From Malacoraja senta (lineage: Eukaryota): 64,000 nt of DNA. Location of the stretch: NCBI GenBank assembly GCA_038087875.1, contig CM075991.1, positions 8,558,001 to 8,622,000 on the forward strand, read 5' to 3'. Shown here one piece after another: positions 50,760 to 63,364 of this stretch. Each line of letters begins with the position of its first letter. The stretch's first letter is position 1. Position numbers and translations under genes: made by a program. The notes below the pieces were generated by a model. It was given only the letters and a program-made list of their open reading frames with translations. It was not told where the DNA came from and did no database searches.

Positions 50760-53486
50760 CTAATACTTGTGCCCAAAGATCTTTGCTTGTGCCTGCTACC
50801 TGACTGGAATTGGATTGTATGCCTTGGGGCAAGAGAGACAAGCAAGCCAGGCAGATCAGGCCAAACATGAGACTAAATGCTGATTTAGTGCAGGGTTGAG
50901 TGAAGACATCACACAATAGTCTTTGGTGGGTCCTTGAAGAAGGCCAGTGCCTAACCAAGCAAGCTCTGGCAGGGTGAATTAATCGAGCTACTACACGCGC
51001 TTTCAATTTCAACCGCGATTGCTTTTACAGGAGGAGAGAGCACAATGGTGGAAATATTATTGCTGAAAGTAACACCTCTGCATCTCCGCACTACAGATGT
51101 TTATGCAGATTAATAAGGCATTTCTTTGTGCTTGTAGCTTGTAGATAAGAACATCACTGTGGCACAATCTTATCTTTTAATTACTGTAACAGTCGCAGAT
51201 TACGCTGCAATATTTCTAGTTGCTGCAGAGGTGTAGGAACCATTAGGTAAATTATCAATATTTTCCTGACAGCGGTTATCGTCTTTGTTACTGATCCTTA
51301 GTAACACGATCGACACTCTCTCCCTCTCTCTCTCTTTCCCCTTCTCTTTCTCCCTCACTTTTTCTCTTTCCCTATTCTCTCTCTCACCCTCACTCACACA
51401 CATAATGACTAAGGCGCCACGGTGGCGCAGCGGTAGAGTTGCTGCCTCACAGCGCTTGCAGCGCCAGAGACCCGGGTTCGATCCCGACGACGGGTGCTGC
51501 CTGTAGGAGGAAACTGGAGCTCTCGGAGAAAACCCACGCAGGTCACGGGGAGAACATACAAACTCCGCACAGGCAGCGTCCATGGTCCAGATCGAACCCA
51601 CGTCTCTGGCGCTGAAAGCGCTGTGAGGCAGCAACTGCCCGCTGCGCCACTGTGCCGCCCTATTTCAACGGTTTTAGACTGTGACAGGAAGATCAGCAGC
51701 CACATAATCCCGCATCAGATCTTTAAGATGGCAAAACCTCTCGGGGTTAAATTAAAATCCTTGCTCTGACCCTTGGAGAACCTTCCTTGTGCAGGAAGCA
51801 GCTTGCAAAGGGGCCAGAAGGGATTTCAAGAGATGATTTCGAGGTGGAAATGAATCAAATCACAGTGTTTTAGATCTGCAAATTAGGTGACTGGGGCTTA
51901 TTTCCTCGGCCACACAAGGTTATAATTACAAGCCTCATCCAGCAAGATCCTTGAAGGAATTGTACAAGCATTAAGTTACCTCTCGGAATGAAAAATGTCA
52001 CCTTTCCATTTAACACTCTGCTTGTGAGAATAGAGAAACAGACAATGGGAATATCTGACTGGGAGTCCCACTGACTCCACTAATAGAAAGAGATCAAGCT
52101 GAGGAACTACATTGGATGAATCAAAATGTGTTGTAATGTTTAGGAAGGAACTGCAGATGCTGGTTTAAACCGCAGATAGACACATAAAGCTGGAGTAACT
52201 CAGCAGGACGGGCAGCATCTCTGGAGAGAAGGAATTGGTGACGTTTCGGGTCGAGACTCTTCTTCAGACTTCAGACTTGATTAGTGATTATTCTTGATTA
52301 GTAAGTGTGTCAGGGCTTATGGGGAGAAGGCAGTAGAATGGGTTGAGAGGGAAAGATGATTGAATGGCAGAGTAAACTAGATGGACCAAATGGCCAAATT
52401 CTGCTCCGATGACTTATGAAGTTACGAATTCTTAGGGCTCTTAGGGATAGCGGAGTTAAGGGATATAGAGAGAAGGCAGGGACGGGGTACTGATTGGGGA
52501 TGATCAGCCATGATCACATTGAATGGCAGTGCTGGCTCGAAGGGCCGAATGGCCTACTCCTGCACCTATTGTCTATTATCTATAATTCGCAATTTAAAAA
52601 AATTGCAAATGAGTCAAGTCAAGTCAAGAGAGTTTATTGTCATGTGTCCCAGATAGGACAATGAAATTCTTGCTTTGCTTCAGCACAACAGAACATAGTA
52701 GGCATTGACTACAAAAACAGATCGGTATATGGACACACTGATCTGTTCTGTAGTCAATGCCTACTATGTTCTGTTGTGCTGAAGCAAAGCAAGAATTCTG
52801 CAATAATCAACAGAAAATGTTGGGAAAACATTTTCTCAAGAAGGGTCATGGGCCTGAAACATTAACTGCTTTCCCTTCATCTCCAACATGCTCAAGGCTT
52901 GTGTGGTGGATATATCAATTATAAACGCCGGATCTGGCCGCTTTACTTTTAAGATTATTTGCACATTTTGTAGCGCGTCAGGAAATCACGCTGCGTGCTT
53001 GCCTTTTGTACTCCAACCTTTTTGCTGTCTTGTCCTGCTATTAACAACGCATCCCTCTCCAACAGAACAATGGCGCCTGAAGCACACAGAAGAGGCAGCC
53101 GCAGCTGTGACAGATGCATAGACGCTCGGCAGATGACATGTAGTATGGATCCCAACAATGGCTGATCAAAGGGAGACATTGGCATCGTTTCCCAGGGGCA
53201 AGTTGAGCTACCAATGTTCTCTGGATTACAAAGAGCTTTGCTTCCAAACGGTTTATTACCCTGATCTCCGAGTAACTGTGCACGGAGTTTTTTTCGCAAA
53301 GTGTCTCACAGCTTCCCACAACCCTCTCGTGATGCACGTTCACCTTTGAAGGTATTTTGAAGCTTTGAATCCACTCGAGGCAACATGTTGTCTTCAATAT
53401 AATATCAATAGCTTCCACCACCCAATGGCTGCAAAAGTGAAGTGGCTTGTGATTAGCAAAGAAGCCTAACAACATCTTGCACTTTG

Positions 53487-54028
53487 AATCCAAATCTGAG
53501 GAAGGACATTATAGCCATAGAGGGAGTGCAGAGAAGGTTCACCAGACTGATTCCTGGGATGTCAGGACTTTCATATGAAGAAAGACTGGATAGACTTGGC
53601 TTATACTCGCTAGAATTTAGGAGATTGAGAGGGGATCTTATAGAAACGTACAAAATTCTTATGGGGTTGGACAGGCTAGATGCAGGAAGATTGTTCCCGA
53701 TGTTGGGGAAGTCCAGGACAAGGGGTCACACCTTAAGGATAAGGGGGAAATCCTTTAAGACCGAGATGAGGAAAAACTTTTTCACACAGAGAGTGGTGAA
53801 TCTCTGGAACTCTCTGCCACAGAGGGTAGTTGAGGCCAGTTCATTGGGTATATTTAAGAGGGAGTTAGATGCGGCCCTTGTGGCTAAGGGGATCAGGGGG
53901 TATGGAGAGAAGGCAGGTACGGGATACGGAGTTGGATGATCAGCCATGATCATATTGAATGGCGGTGCAGGCTCGAAGGGCCGAATGGCCTACTCCTGCA
54001 CCTATTTTCTATGTATCTATGTATCTAT
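53487..54028 (+). mobile_element. CR1 LINE 3' fragment (young, uninterrupted frame)
   Basis: ORF 53484-53939, very similar to the 44849-45307 copy. Confidence 0.9.
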
Positions 54029-54214
54029 GAAGCATGCTTCATGCATTGAAAATGCGAACATATTTTGAAAGGAGCATTAATAATTTGGCGTTAAAGAAGG
54101 AACTACAGATGCTGGAAAATCGAAGGTAGACAAAAGTGCTGGAGAAACTCAGCGGGTGCAGCAGCATCTATGGAGCGAAGGAAATAGGCAACGTTTCGGG
54201 CCGAAACCCTTCAG

Positions 54215-54323
54215 GTCCCGAGCTCCGACGTACCGCTACGTACATTCTACGTACTTACCAGAGTTTGATTTGTTTTAAACTCGGGAGAGCTCTTGTGTAA
54301 ACTCGTACAGTGGGACAGGGCCT
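54215..54323. mobile_element. Half MITE (right TIR only)
   Basis: Ends CTCGTACAGTGGGACAGGGCCT+TAA. The left part is missing. Confidence 0.7.
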
Positions 54324-54575
54324 TAAGTGTGTGGGGATCGCGGACTCGGTGGGCCGAAGGGCCTGTTTCCGTACTGTATCTCTAAACTAAATTAAATCTA
54401 TTCAACACCTTCCTTCACACTAAAATATTAATGGATTCTTCCAACAAAAACTTACAAAATGTTTGACATCTCAAGGCCTAGGAACAAAACATAAATGTTC
54501 TGCTAATGGTTCTGCAGGTGGAACAAATAGAAAGAAATTGACTTGCTTTTCCATGGTGCCTTTTGTATCTTAGCT

Positions 54576-54892
54576 TAACCTGTCCCACTGTACGAGCTAA
54601 TTCAAGAGCTCTCCCGAGTTTAAAAAAAATCAAACTCGTGGTCAGCATGTAGAATGTACGTAGCGGGTACGTCGGAGCTTGGGGACGTCTCTTAGCGGCT
54701 CGTAACGCTAACGGCAGGTACTCGGGAAACGCGGTAAGCTCGTGAAGACTCGTGAAGTTTTTTCAACATGTTGAAAAATGTCCACGAGAGCCCCGAGTAC
54801 CTACGAGCGGCTATTACCGTAATTCTCCGAGTTCGAATCAGGGGAAACCCGGGAGAACTCTTGAATTACCTCGTACAGTGGGACAGGCCCCT
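54576..54892. mobile_element. Harbinger-type MITE
   Basis: CCTGTCCCACTGTACGAG...CTCGTACAGTGGGACAGGCCCCT, followed by TAACTCAG. Confidence 0.8.
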
Positions 54893-55710
54893 TAACTCAG
54901 CGAGTCAGGCAGCATCTCTGAATAAAAGGAACAGGTGAAATTTTGGGACGAGAGCTTTCTTCAGAGTGAGAGTCAGCGGGGAGGGAAACTGGAGGTATGA
55001 GGGGGTACAAAGAACAAAAGAATGGAAGGTATGAAAAGGACAAATCAAGGGCAGCAAGGATGATCAAGGTGAAGTGGAGCCCACAATGGTCCATTGTTGG
55101 CTGTGGAAGAGGTGATAACGAGGGGGTATGAACAGTGAAACTAAGCAGGACGACAGTGAAACTAGTAGGATGACTAGAGTGGGGGAGTGAGGAGAGAGAG
55201 GGGAATGCAAGAGAAACCAATATTCTACCGCTGCGTTGTAAGCTGCCCAAGCAAAATATGAAGTGCTATTCCTCCAATTTGCATTTGGCTTCACTCTGAC
55301 AAGGGAGGAGGCCCAGAACAGAAACGTCAGAGGGGGAACAGGAAAGGGTATTAAAGTGTTTAAGAAGGAACTGCAGATGCTGGAAATTCGAAGGTACACA
55401 AAAATGCTGGTGAAACTCAGCGGGTGCAGCAGCATCTATGGAGCGAAGGAAATAGGCAACGTTTCGGGCTGAAACGTTGCCTATTTCCTTCGCTCCATAG
55501 ATGCTGCTGCACCCGTTGAGTTTCTCCAGCATTTTTGTGTACCAAGGGAATTCAAGTGTTTGGCAACCGAGAGATCAGGTAGGTCAGGTGTTCAGTGAAA
55601 GGATCGCCCAGTCTACGTTTGGTCTCGCCGATATGGACACCTCGATGTATACAGTAGATGCGGTTGGAGGAGGTGCAAGTGAACCTCTGCCGAAGATGAA
55701 AGGACAGTCA
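54893..55710 (-). mobile_element. PLE 3' fragment containing a nested palindromic pLTR insertion (55362-55543)
   Basis: Endonuclease-like DVSVLGLLPCQSEAKCKLEE. Homology to 40380-40660 continues on both sides of the insert. Confidence 0.75.
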
Positions 55711-57700
55711 GGGTTTTCTCTCTTTATGTATTGTATCTCTCTATGGTACATCTGATGTGTTTAGATAGCATGCAAAACACAGCTTATCTCAGTACATATG
55801 ACAATAATAAATCTCATCCTGAACCCGATCCTAAATCCTTGGTCAATTGACTGACCGAGACACCCAATCCATACTTAAATTCCCTTTCTTTTCTAATCGC
55901 TCAAAAAAAGTCAGTCGGCCATACAAAGAAAGGATTGTTTATTTTGCCTCACATCCTGAGGACATGTCACATCGATGACAAATTATTTTTCTGTTGGGTT
56001 TACCAATAATAAGATGGATTAATTAAATCCACAAGGATGCTTCACTTTTAGCATTGATAATTGGACATGCCAATGGAGATAAATAGATTTACTAGGTCAA
56101 TGACCGGGGGGGGCAAAGATGTAGGTAATTGGTAGAGGGATTAGAGGGACCTTGTTGTAGAGGTGATTAATTATGGTGTGTATAAGAGTTAAGGCCTGCT
56201 GTCAGGGCCGCAGATTGAAAGATTGCGATTGTTTCCGTTGCAATATTATGGCAGGCTGATTCAGTGTGAGTTTCACTTCAGTTTCGTTTGTTGTCACGTG
56301 TACCGAGGTACAGTGAAAAGCTTTTGTCGCGTGCTCTCCAGTCAGCAGAAAGACAACGCATGATTACAAGCGAGCCACACAGTGGGCAGTGCATTACAGT
56401 TGCCGTGAGGGGGAATTGGGGGGGGGGGGGGGGAGAAGAACAATGGACAATTGTGGCGGGGAGGGGGGGGGAGAACAAAAGATGGAGCAGGCGTGCTTTG
56501 TAACTTTGTCAGTGCCGTACGTGGCTGCTATTTGTATACGTTGGGTACGCAGCACAGAATCTCACTAAAGGATTCCGTACATTGACAGTACTGTACAAGG
56601 GAATAACGTTTAGTGCGAGGTAAGGCCAGCAAAGTCCGATCAAGGAGAGTCCGAGGGTCACCAAAGTGGTCGACAATAGCTCAGCACTGCTCTCTGGTAG
56701 TGGATTCTGTTAGCAAAGACGCTGCCTCAGTGACACGGGTTCGATCCTGACCTCGGGTGCTGTCTGTGTGGAGTTTGCACGTTCTCAATAGACAATAGAC
56801 AATAGGTGCAGGAGCAGGCCATTTGGCCCTTCGTGCCAGCACCGCCATTCACTGCGATCATGGCTGATCATCCCCAATCAGTACCCCGTTCCTGCCTTCT
56901 CCCCATATCCCCTGACTCCGCTATTTTTAAGAGCCCTATCTAGCTCTCTCTTGAAAGCACCCAGAGAACCTGCCTCCACCGCCCTCTGAGGCAGAGAATT
57001 CCACAGACTCACCACTCTCTGTGAGAAAAAGTGTTTCCTCGTCTCCGTTCTAAATGGCGTACTCCTGATTCTTAAACTGTGTGGCCCCTGGTTCTGGACT
57101 CCCCCAACATCGGGAACATGTTTCCTGCCTCTAGCGTGTCCTTAACAATCTTATATGTTTCAATGAGTTCTCTCTGTGACGTTGTGGGTTGCCTCTGGGT
57201 GTATCTGTTTACTCCCGCAACCCAAAGATGCGGATTTATGGGTTAATTGACCTCAGTAAATTGACTCTGACTCGATGACAAGCCCACACAGGGTGTTTGT
57301 GTATACATTGAAAGAACAATGGGTGGCACAGTGGCACAGCTGGTAAAGCTACTGCCTCATAGCACCAGAGAGTTCAATCCTCATCTTGGATGCTGTCTAT
57401 GTGGAGTTTGCATGTTCTCCATCCGATCACCCCCGGGTTTCCACTGGGTCTCCGGTTTCTTCCCACATCCCAAAGATGTGCAGATTTGTAGGTTAATTGG
57501 CCTCTGTAAATTGCCGATAGAGGTTGGTCAAAGGACAAAGGACATTTATTGTCACAATACACCAATTGGTGCAGTGAAATTTGAGTTGCCATTGCAGCAC
57601 ACCAATAAAAATTAAAAAAAACATTAGAGAATTTAACATTAAACATAAAAACATCACCCCACAATGGTTCCCACTGTGAGGGGATGCAGCAAAGTCCAGT

Positions 57701-58106
57701 CAATAGACAATAGACAATAGACAATAGACAATAGGTGCAGGAGTAGGCCATTCGGCCCTTCGAGCCAGCACCACCATTCAATGTGATCATGGCTGATCAT
57801 CCCCAATCAGTACCCCGTTCCTGCCTTCTCGCCATATCCCCTGACTCCGTTATCCTTAAGAGCCCTATCTAGCTCTCTCTTGAAAGCATCCAGAGAACCA
57901 GCCTCCACCGCCCTTTGAGGCAGAGAATTCCACAGACTCACCACTCTCTGTGAGAAAAGGTGTTTCCTCGTCTCCGTTCTAAATGGCTTACTCCTTATTC
58001 TTAAACTGTGTGTGGCCCCTGGTTCTGGACTCCCCCAACATCGGGAACATGCCTGGACTCCCCCAACATCGGGAACATGCCTGGACTCCCCCAACATCGG
58101 GAACAT
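57701..58106 (-). mobile_element. CR1 3' fragment with a 3 x 28-bp repeat at its 5' junction
   Basis: CTGGACTCCCCCAACATCGGGAACAT(GC) at 58025, 58053 and 58081. Confidence 0.85.
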
Positions 58107-59652
58107 CTCCAAAGTCCTCTTCCTCTATGTGGAGAGTGGATGTGAAAATGGGGTAACATAGAACTAGTGCAAACGGGTGATCGGTGGTCGACGTGGACTC
58201 GGTGGGCTGAAGGGCCCGTTTCCGTGCTGTATCTTTCAACCAATCAAAGAATGAGGGTTTCTAGAGCTACTTTCCCCTCCAAGCTGTTGTGTTGCGTAGG
58301 AAGGAACTGCAGATGCTGGTTTAAACCGAAGATAGACACAAAAAGCCAGAGTAACTCACCGGGTCAGACAGCATCTCTGGAGAGAAGGAAGAGGTGACGT
58401 TCCGGGTCGAGACCTTTCTTCAGACTGAGAGTCAGGGGGAAATCTTCCCCCCCAAGCTGTTATCTTGCCTTACAGCTTTATGTAAAGGAATTGAAACAAT
58501 GCCTTCTCATCTCACTTGGTGTTCGACCTTTGCATCTTTGATCAACACAGCAGTGCCAGATTTGTCAAGCGTGGAGCCGACAAACACTGCAAGTCAAAAA
58601 AATTGCAGATATCCATCCCAGACTACAAGGTGTTTCAATGTTTCACTAATCGCTGCTTCTCCGCACACACACACGCCTGGCTTTCATATTCAGAATCATT
58701 AGCTTCCTTTTATTCTATACCTTTCATGTGCTAACAGCTTATGTTCACCAGGCCATCCTGCTCGGAATATGTTGATTCCTTTTAATTCACAACAAAACGT
58801 TTCTTCCCTCAGAAGAGTCCATTTAGGTGGCAGAAATTAATTATTTTTTAACACAGTTCAGAAGACATAATTTCCCAAGAAACATTAATATTTATTGAAG
58901 GTTACCTTATATAGAAGTAGGCTCAGCGAAATCTCTAAATTATGCAAAATGTGAAAACTTCACTGATTGATGGGCAATCCATTTGCAAAGCTCGCACACG
59001 CTCTGTATGAAGAAGAGTCCTGACCCGAAACATCACCTATCAATGATCTCCAGCTAACATTGTCCAGAGATGCTCTCTGACCCACTGAGTTACTCCATCG
59101 TAGTCATAGAGCATTACAGCATGAAAACAGGCTCTTTGGTACAACTTCCTCACATGCCCCATCTACACTAATCCCACCTGCCTGCGTTTAGCCCATATCC
59201 CTCCAAACCTATCATATCCGTGTACCTCTCTCATTGTTTCTTTAACATTGCAATAGTTGTTTGCCTCAACGACCTCCTCTGGCAGCTCGTTCCATACACT
59301 CACCACCCTTTGTGTGAAAACGTTACCCCTCAGGTTCCTATTTAATCTTTCCTGCCTCACCTTACACTATGTCCTCTGGTTCCCAATTCCCCTACTCCGG
59401 GCAAGAGACTCTGTGCATCTACCCGATCTATTCCACCCATGGATTTAAACATCTCTATAAGATCACCCCACATCCTCCTGTGGTCTAAGGGATAGAATGT
59501 GCTGAGGTTCTACATGTTTCCGATCCCTGGGAAGGATTGGTTTGGGCATGTTGGCATGGACCATGCAGTTGGACAGCTCCGGAAAACATCAGACACCAAC
59601 TGGACGGTGGTTTATACCGAAAGCCTTCGAGGTAATGCAGGAAAGGGTGATG

Positions 59653-59979
59653 GTTTAGTTTAGTTTAGTTTAGAGATACAGCGCGTAAACAGGCCCTTCG
59701 GCCCACCCGGTTCCGCGCCGACCAGCGATCCCCGCACATTCACACCATCCTACACACACTAGGGACAATTTTTACATTTACCAAGCCAACCAACCCACAA
59801 ACCTGGACGTCTTTGGAGTGTGGGAGCAAACCGAAGATCTCGGAGAAAACTCACGCAAGTCACGGGGAGAACGTACAAACACCATACAGAGAGCGCCCGT
59901 AGTTGGGATCGAACCCGGGTCTCTGGCAATGCATTCGCTGTAAGGTAGCAACTCTACTGCTGCGCCACCGTGACTGCCC
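59653..59979 (-). mobile_element. HE1-type SINE
   Basis: Consensus match with a (GTTTA)n tail on the plus strand. Confidence 0.85.
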
Positions 59980-60751
59980 TATGGTGAATCTTGTTGGATG
60001 GTTCCATGTTGATAACCAAAGTCATCACCAGAACCAAAACACTAGGGTGGCACACTGGTGCTCTTCTTAACCCTGACACCCAATATAGATCTGTGTGAAG
60101 AAACAAGCAGCTGCAGATGCTGGATAATGCACAAAAAGACACAAAGTGCTGGAGTAACCCAGCGGGCCATGCAGCATCTCTGGAGAACATGGATAGGCGA
60201 TGTTTCAGGTCAAGAAGTTTTCAGGTCCGAAAAAGAGTCTCGACCCAAAATGGCACCCATCCATGTTCTCCAGAGATGCTGCCAAACCTGCACAGTTTCT
60301 CCAGAACTTTGTGTCCCTTTTGAGATCGATGTGAAGTCTACAAACTCTGCTGTGAATGGGACAGGCATTGCTTGACAGGGGAGCTCGGTAGTTTGAGCTG
60401 CTTTATGCCTCTTGTGTTTGGTTTCATTGTTTTCTTGGAGAGACACCAAGTACTTAGTGTCTAGCTGAACATTTCTCCTGTATTTTAACGACCGTGAGCC
60501 TGGGCTTTGCGCTGGCTCTGAGAATGTCCTTGAAACCTTTTCTCAGTCTCAATCTCCCTGGATGATATTTGTCAAAGTGGAATGGACAGAAGGTTGGAGT
60601 AACAGGCGTGTAGTGTGGTGGACAATGTCACCCTCACAATGAGGCTGGTTGGAGAAAACCCACATATCAGTGAGTACATGCAAACTCCACACAGACAGTC
60701 CCCGAGTTCAGGGCTGAACATGCGTCCCCAGAGTATAAAGCAGCAGTTTTA

Positions 60752-61340
60752 GTTTTTAGAGATACAGTGCGGAAACTGGTCCTTCGGACCAACTTGCCCA
60801 AACCGGCCAGCATGTCCCAGCTACACTAGTCCCACCTGCCCACGTTTGGTCCATATCCCTCCAAACCTGTCCTATCCATGTACCTGTCTAACAATTTTAA
60901 AATGTTCGGATAGTCCCTGCCTCAACTACCTCCTCTGGCAGCTTGTTCCATACACCCACCACCCTTTGTGTGAAAAAGTTACCCCTCAGATTCCTATTCA
61001 ATCTTTTCCCCTTCACCTTAATCCTAGGTCCCCTGGTCCTCGATTCACCTACTCTGGGCAAGAGACTGTGTACATCTACCTGATCTATTCCTCTCATGAT
61101 TTTATACACCTCTATAAGATCACCCCTCATCATCCTGCGCTCCAAGGAATAGAGACCCAACCTACTCAACCTCCGCCTATCACTCAGACCCTCTAGTCCT
61201 GGCAACATCCGTGTAAATCCTCTCTGTACCTTTTCCAGCTTGACACCATCTTTCCTATAACATGGTAAACACAACACTCTAAGTGCGGCCTCACCAACAT
61301 CTTATATAACTGCATCATGACCTCCCAACTTCTATATTCA
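60752..61340 (-). mobile_element. CR1 LINE 3' fragment
   Basis: ORF 60897-61277. Confidence 0.9.
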
Positions 61341-62259
61341 CGCGGGAAAATGTACAAGTATTACTGAAGCCAATTAACCTACAAACCTGCATGTCTTTGG
61401 AGTGTGGGAAGAAACCAGTGCACCTGGGGAAAATCCATGCGGACACAGGGAGAACGTATAAACTCCGTACAGACAGCACCCGTAGTCAGGATCGAACCAG
61501 GGTCTCTGTTGCTGTGAGGCAGCAACTCTACCGCTGCGCCACCGTGCTGCCCCTCACGTAGGGGCAATTTACAGAGGACAATTAACCGATCCAACCCGCG
61601 CGTCTTTGGCATGTGGGAGGAAATCGGAGCACCCAGAGAAAACCATACGGTCACAGGGAGAACGTACAAGCTCCAGCCAGAGAGGGCCCGAGGTCAGGAT
61701 TTTAACATGAGTCACAGGAGCCATGGGGGAAGATTGAGAAGATCATCGGTGCATAATGAGGAGATATCTGATATGGAATGGTCAGTGTGAACTCTACCTC
61801 ATGGTAGCAATAAAAAGTGTCCCTGAAGCAAATGAAACTTATTATTCAGCACCTGGCTCAAAGTTATTTTAATAATTTAATTACCCATATATCAAGTATG
61901 ATTAAGTCATACATCTCTAATGGAGCTTGACAGGGTTTGACCTTGAATATTTTTATTGATAAAATCAATACTCTACTGCAACGGTAAGTAAAAATTGCAA
62001 AATACATTGTTTTAATCTATTTCATTATTGCGATTATGAAAAGATGAGAATTGATTATTGAATTGATTATGAAGTGATCATGAAGTGATCATTTAGATAC
62101 TTTGATGAACACTTTGCCCTTCAAAGTGAGAGATGTCAATAGGTGTCAGAATCATGAATTTCCTCGAGGAAACAAGGAACTACCGCTGGCTTTCAACAGA
62201 AGACACGGAGTGCTGGAGTAATTCTACGGGTCAGGCAGCATCTATCGAAAAACGTGGAT

Positions 62260-62608
62260 TAAAAAATATATATATATTTTTATTTTATTAGAAGTAAGTA
62301 AAATTGTATACAATCATATTTTCATAATACATTTTATGTACAGCTTCTTATTTTTCTTTTATAATAAAGAAGAAAAAGAAAAAGAAATTAGATAATGAAG
62401 TATAGAAAAATGTGAGATATATAGTGTGTGGAAAAGAAAAATAGAAAGTGAAAGAAGAAAGTTAAAGAATAGAAAATAGGAAAAAGAGAATAAAAGAAGA
62501 AAAGGGAAGAAAAAGAAAAAAGAAGTAAGGAGATCTTATTTACAATCTTGACCATCCCTCACCCAGTCACGAGTTAGCTTTGCACCATATGATTCCAAAA
62601 AGACGAGC
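62260..62608 (-). mobile_element. Probable L1-type 3' UTR fragment flanked by a ~90-bp duplication
   Basis: Pyrimidine-rich on the minus strand, ending AATAAAATAAAAATATATAT. 62171-62259 is repeated at 62610-62700. Confidence 0.55.
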
Positions 62609-62948
62609 AAACAAGGAACTGGGGATGCTGGCTTTCGACAGAAGACACGGAGTGCTGGAGTAGCTCAACGGGTCAGGCAGCATCTCTGGAAAACGTGGAT
62701 AGGCGAAGTTTCGGGTCGAGTCCCTTCTTCGGACTGGGAAGAGGACTTCTTCAAAGTAGGCATACTTTGAGGAGATTTTGCAGTGGAGCAGACTAGCAGT
62801 TCGAAGAAGGGTCCCGACCCGGAACGTCACCTATCCTTTTTTCTCCTGAGATGCTGCCTGACCCGCTGAGATACTCCAGCACTTTGTGTCAATCTCTGGT
62901 GTAAACCAGCATCTGCAGTTCTTTGCTTCGACATCATGCAGGTAACAT

Positions 62949-63326
62949 CAAAGATAGACCACTCCTTCTAAATGCAATGGGCTGACATGTATTAAGCAAC
63001 GGAGCGGAACGTGGGCCTTTTTTTCATCCATTTCCGTAACCCGAACCGACCCGACCCGCAGTGTGATCAACGTTGCGTGGGGAACAGTTTGTGTTAATAA
63101 ATTAAAATTCTGAAAATGAGGAGAAGATTTTTACAAATAACTTTTATTTTTACGAGGATGTTTCAGTAACCGGCTTCCATCTCCGCACTAGTATTCTATG
63201 GGGATCTTTGGTGCGGAGACGGAAGCCGGTTACGGAAATGGGGCCGAAAATGACCCATGAATCTGCCCATGACCGTACTACGTCTTTTTCGTCGAGTGGT
63301 CTATCTTGCTCGCTATCGGATCTTTG
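62949..63326. mobile_element. Second copy of the CAAAGAT-TIR element with 8-bp TSD (hAT-like)
   Basis: Flanks GGTAACAT / GTTAACAT. Small deletion in the left TIR. Confidence 0.8.
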
Positions 63327-63364
63327 GTTAACATGGTCCTCTGTCTCAAAATGGCCCTGTTTGT

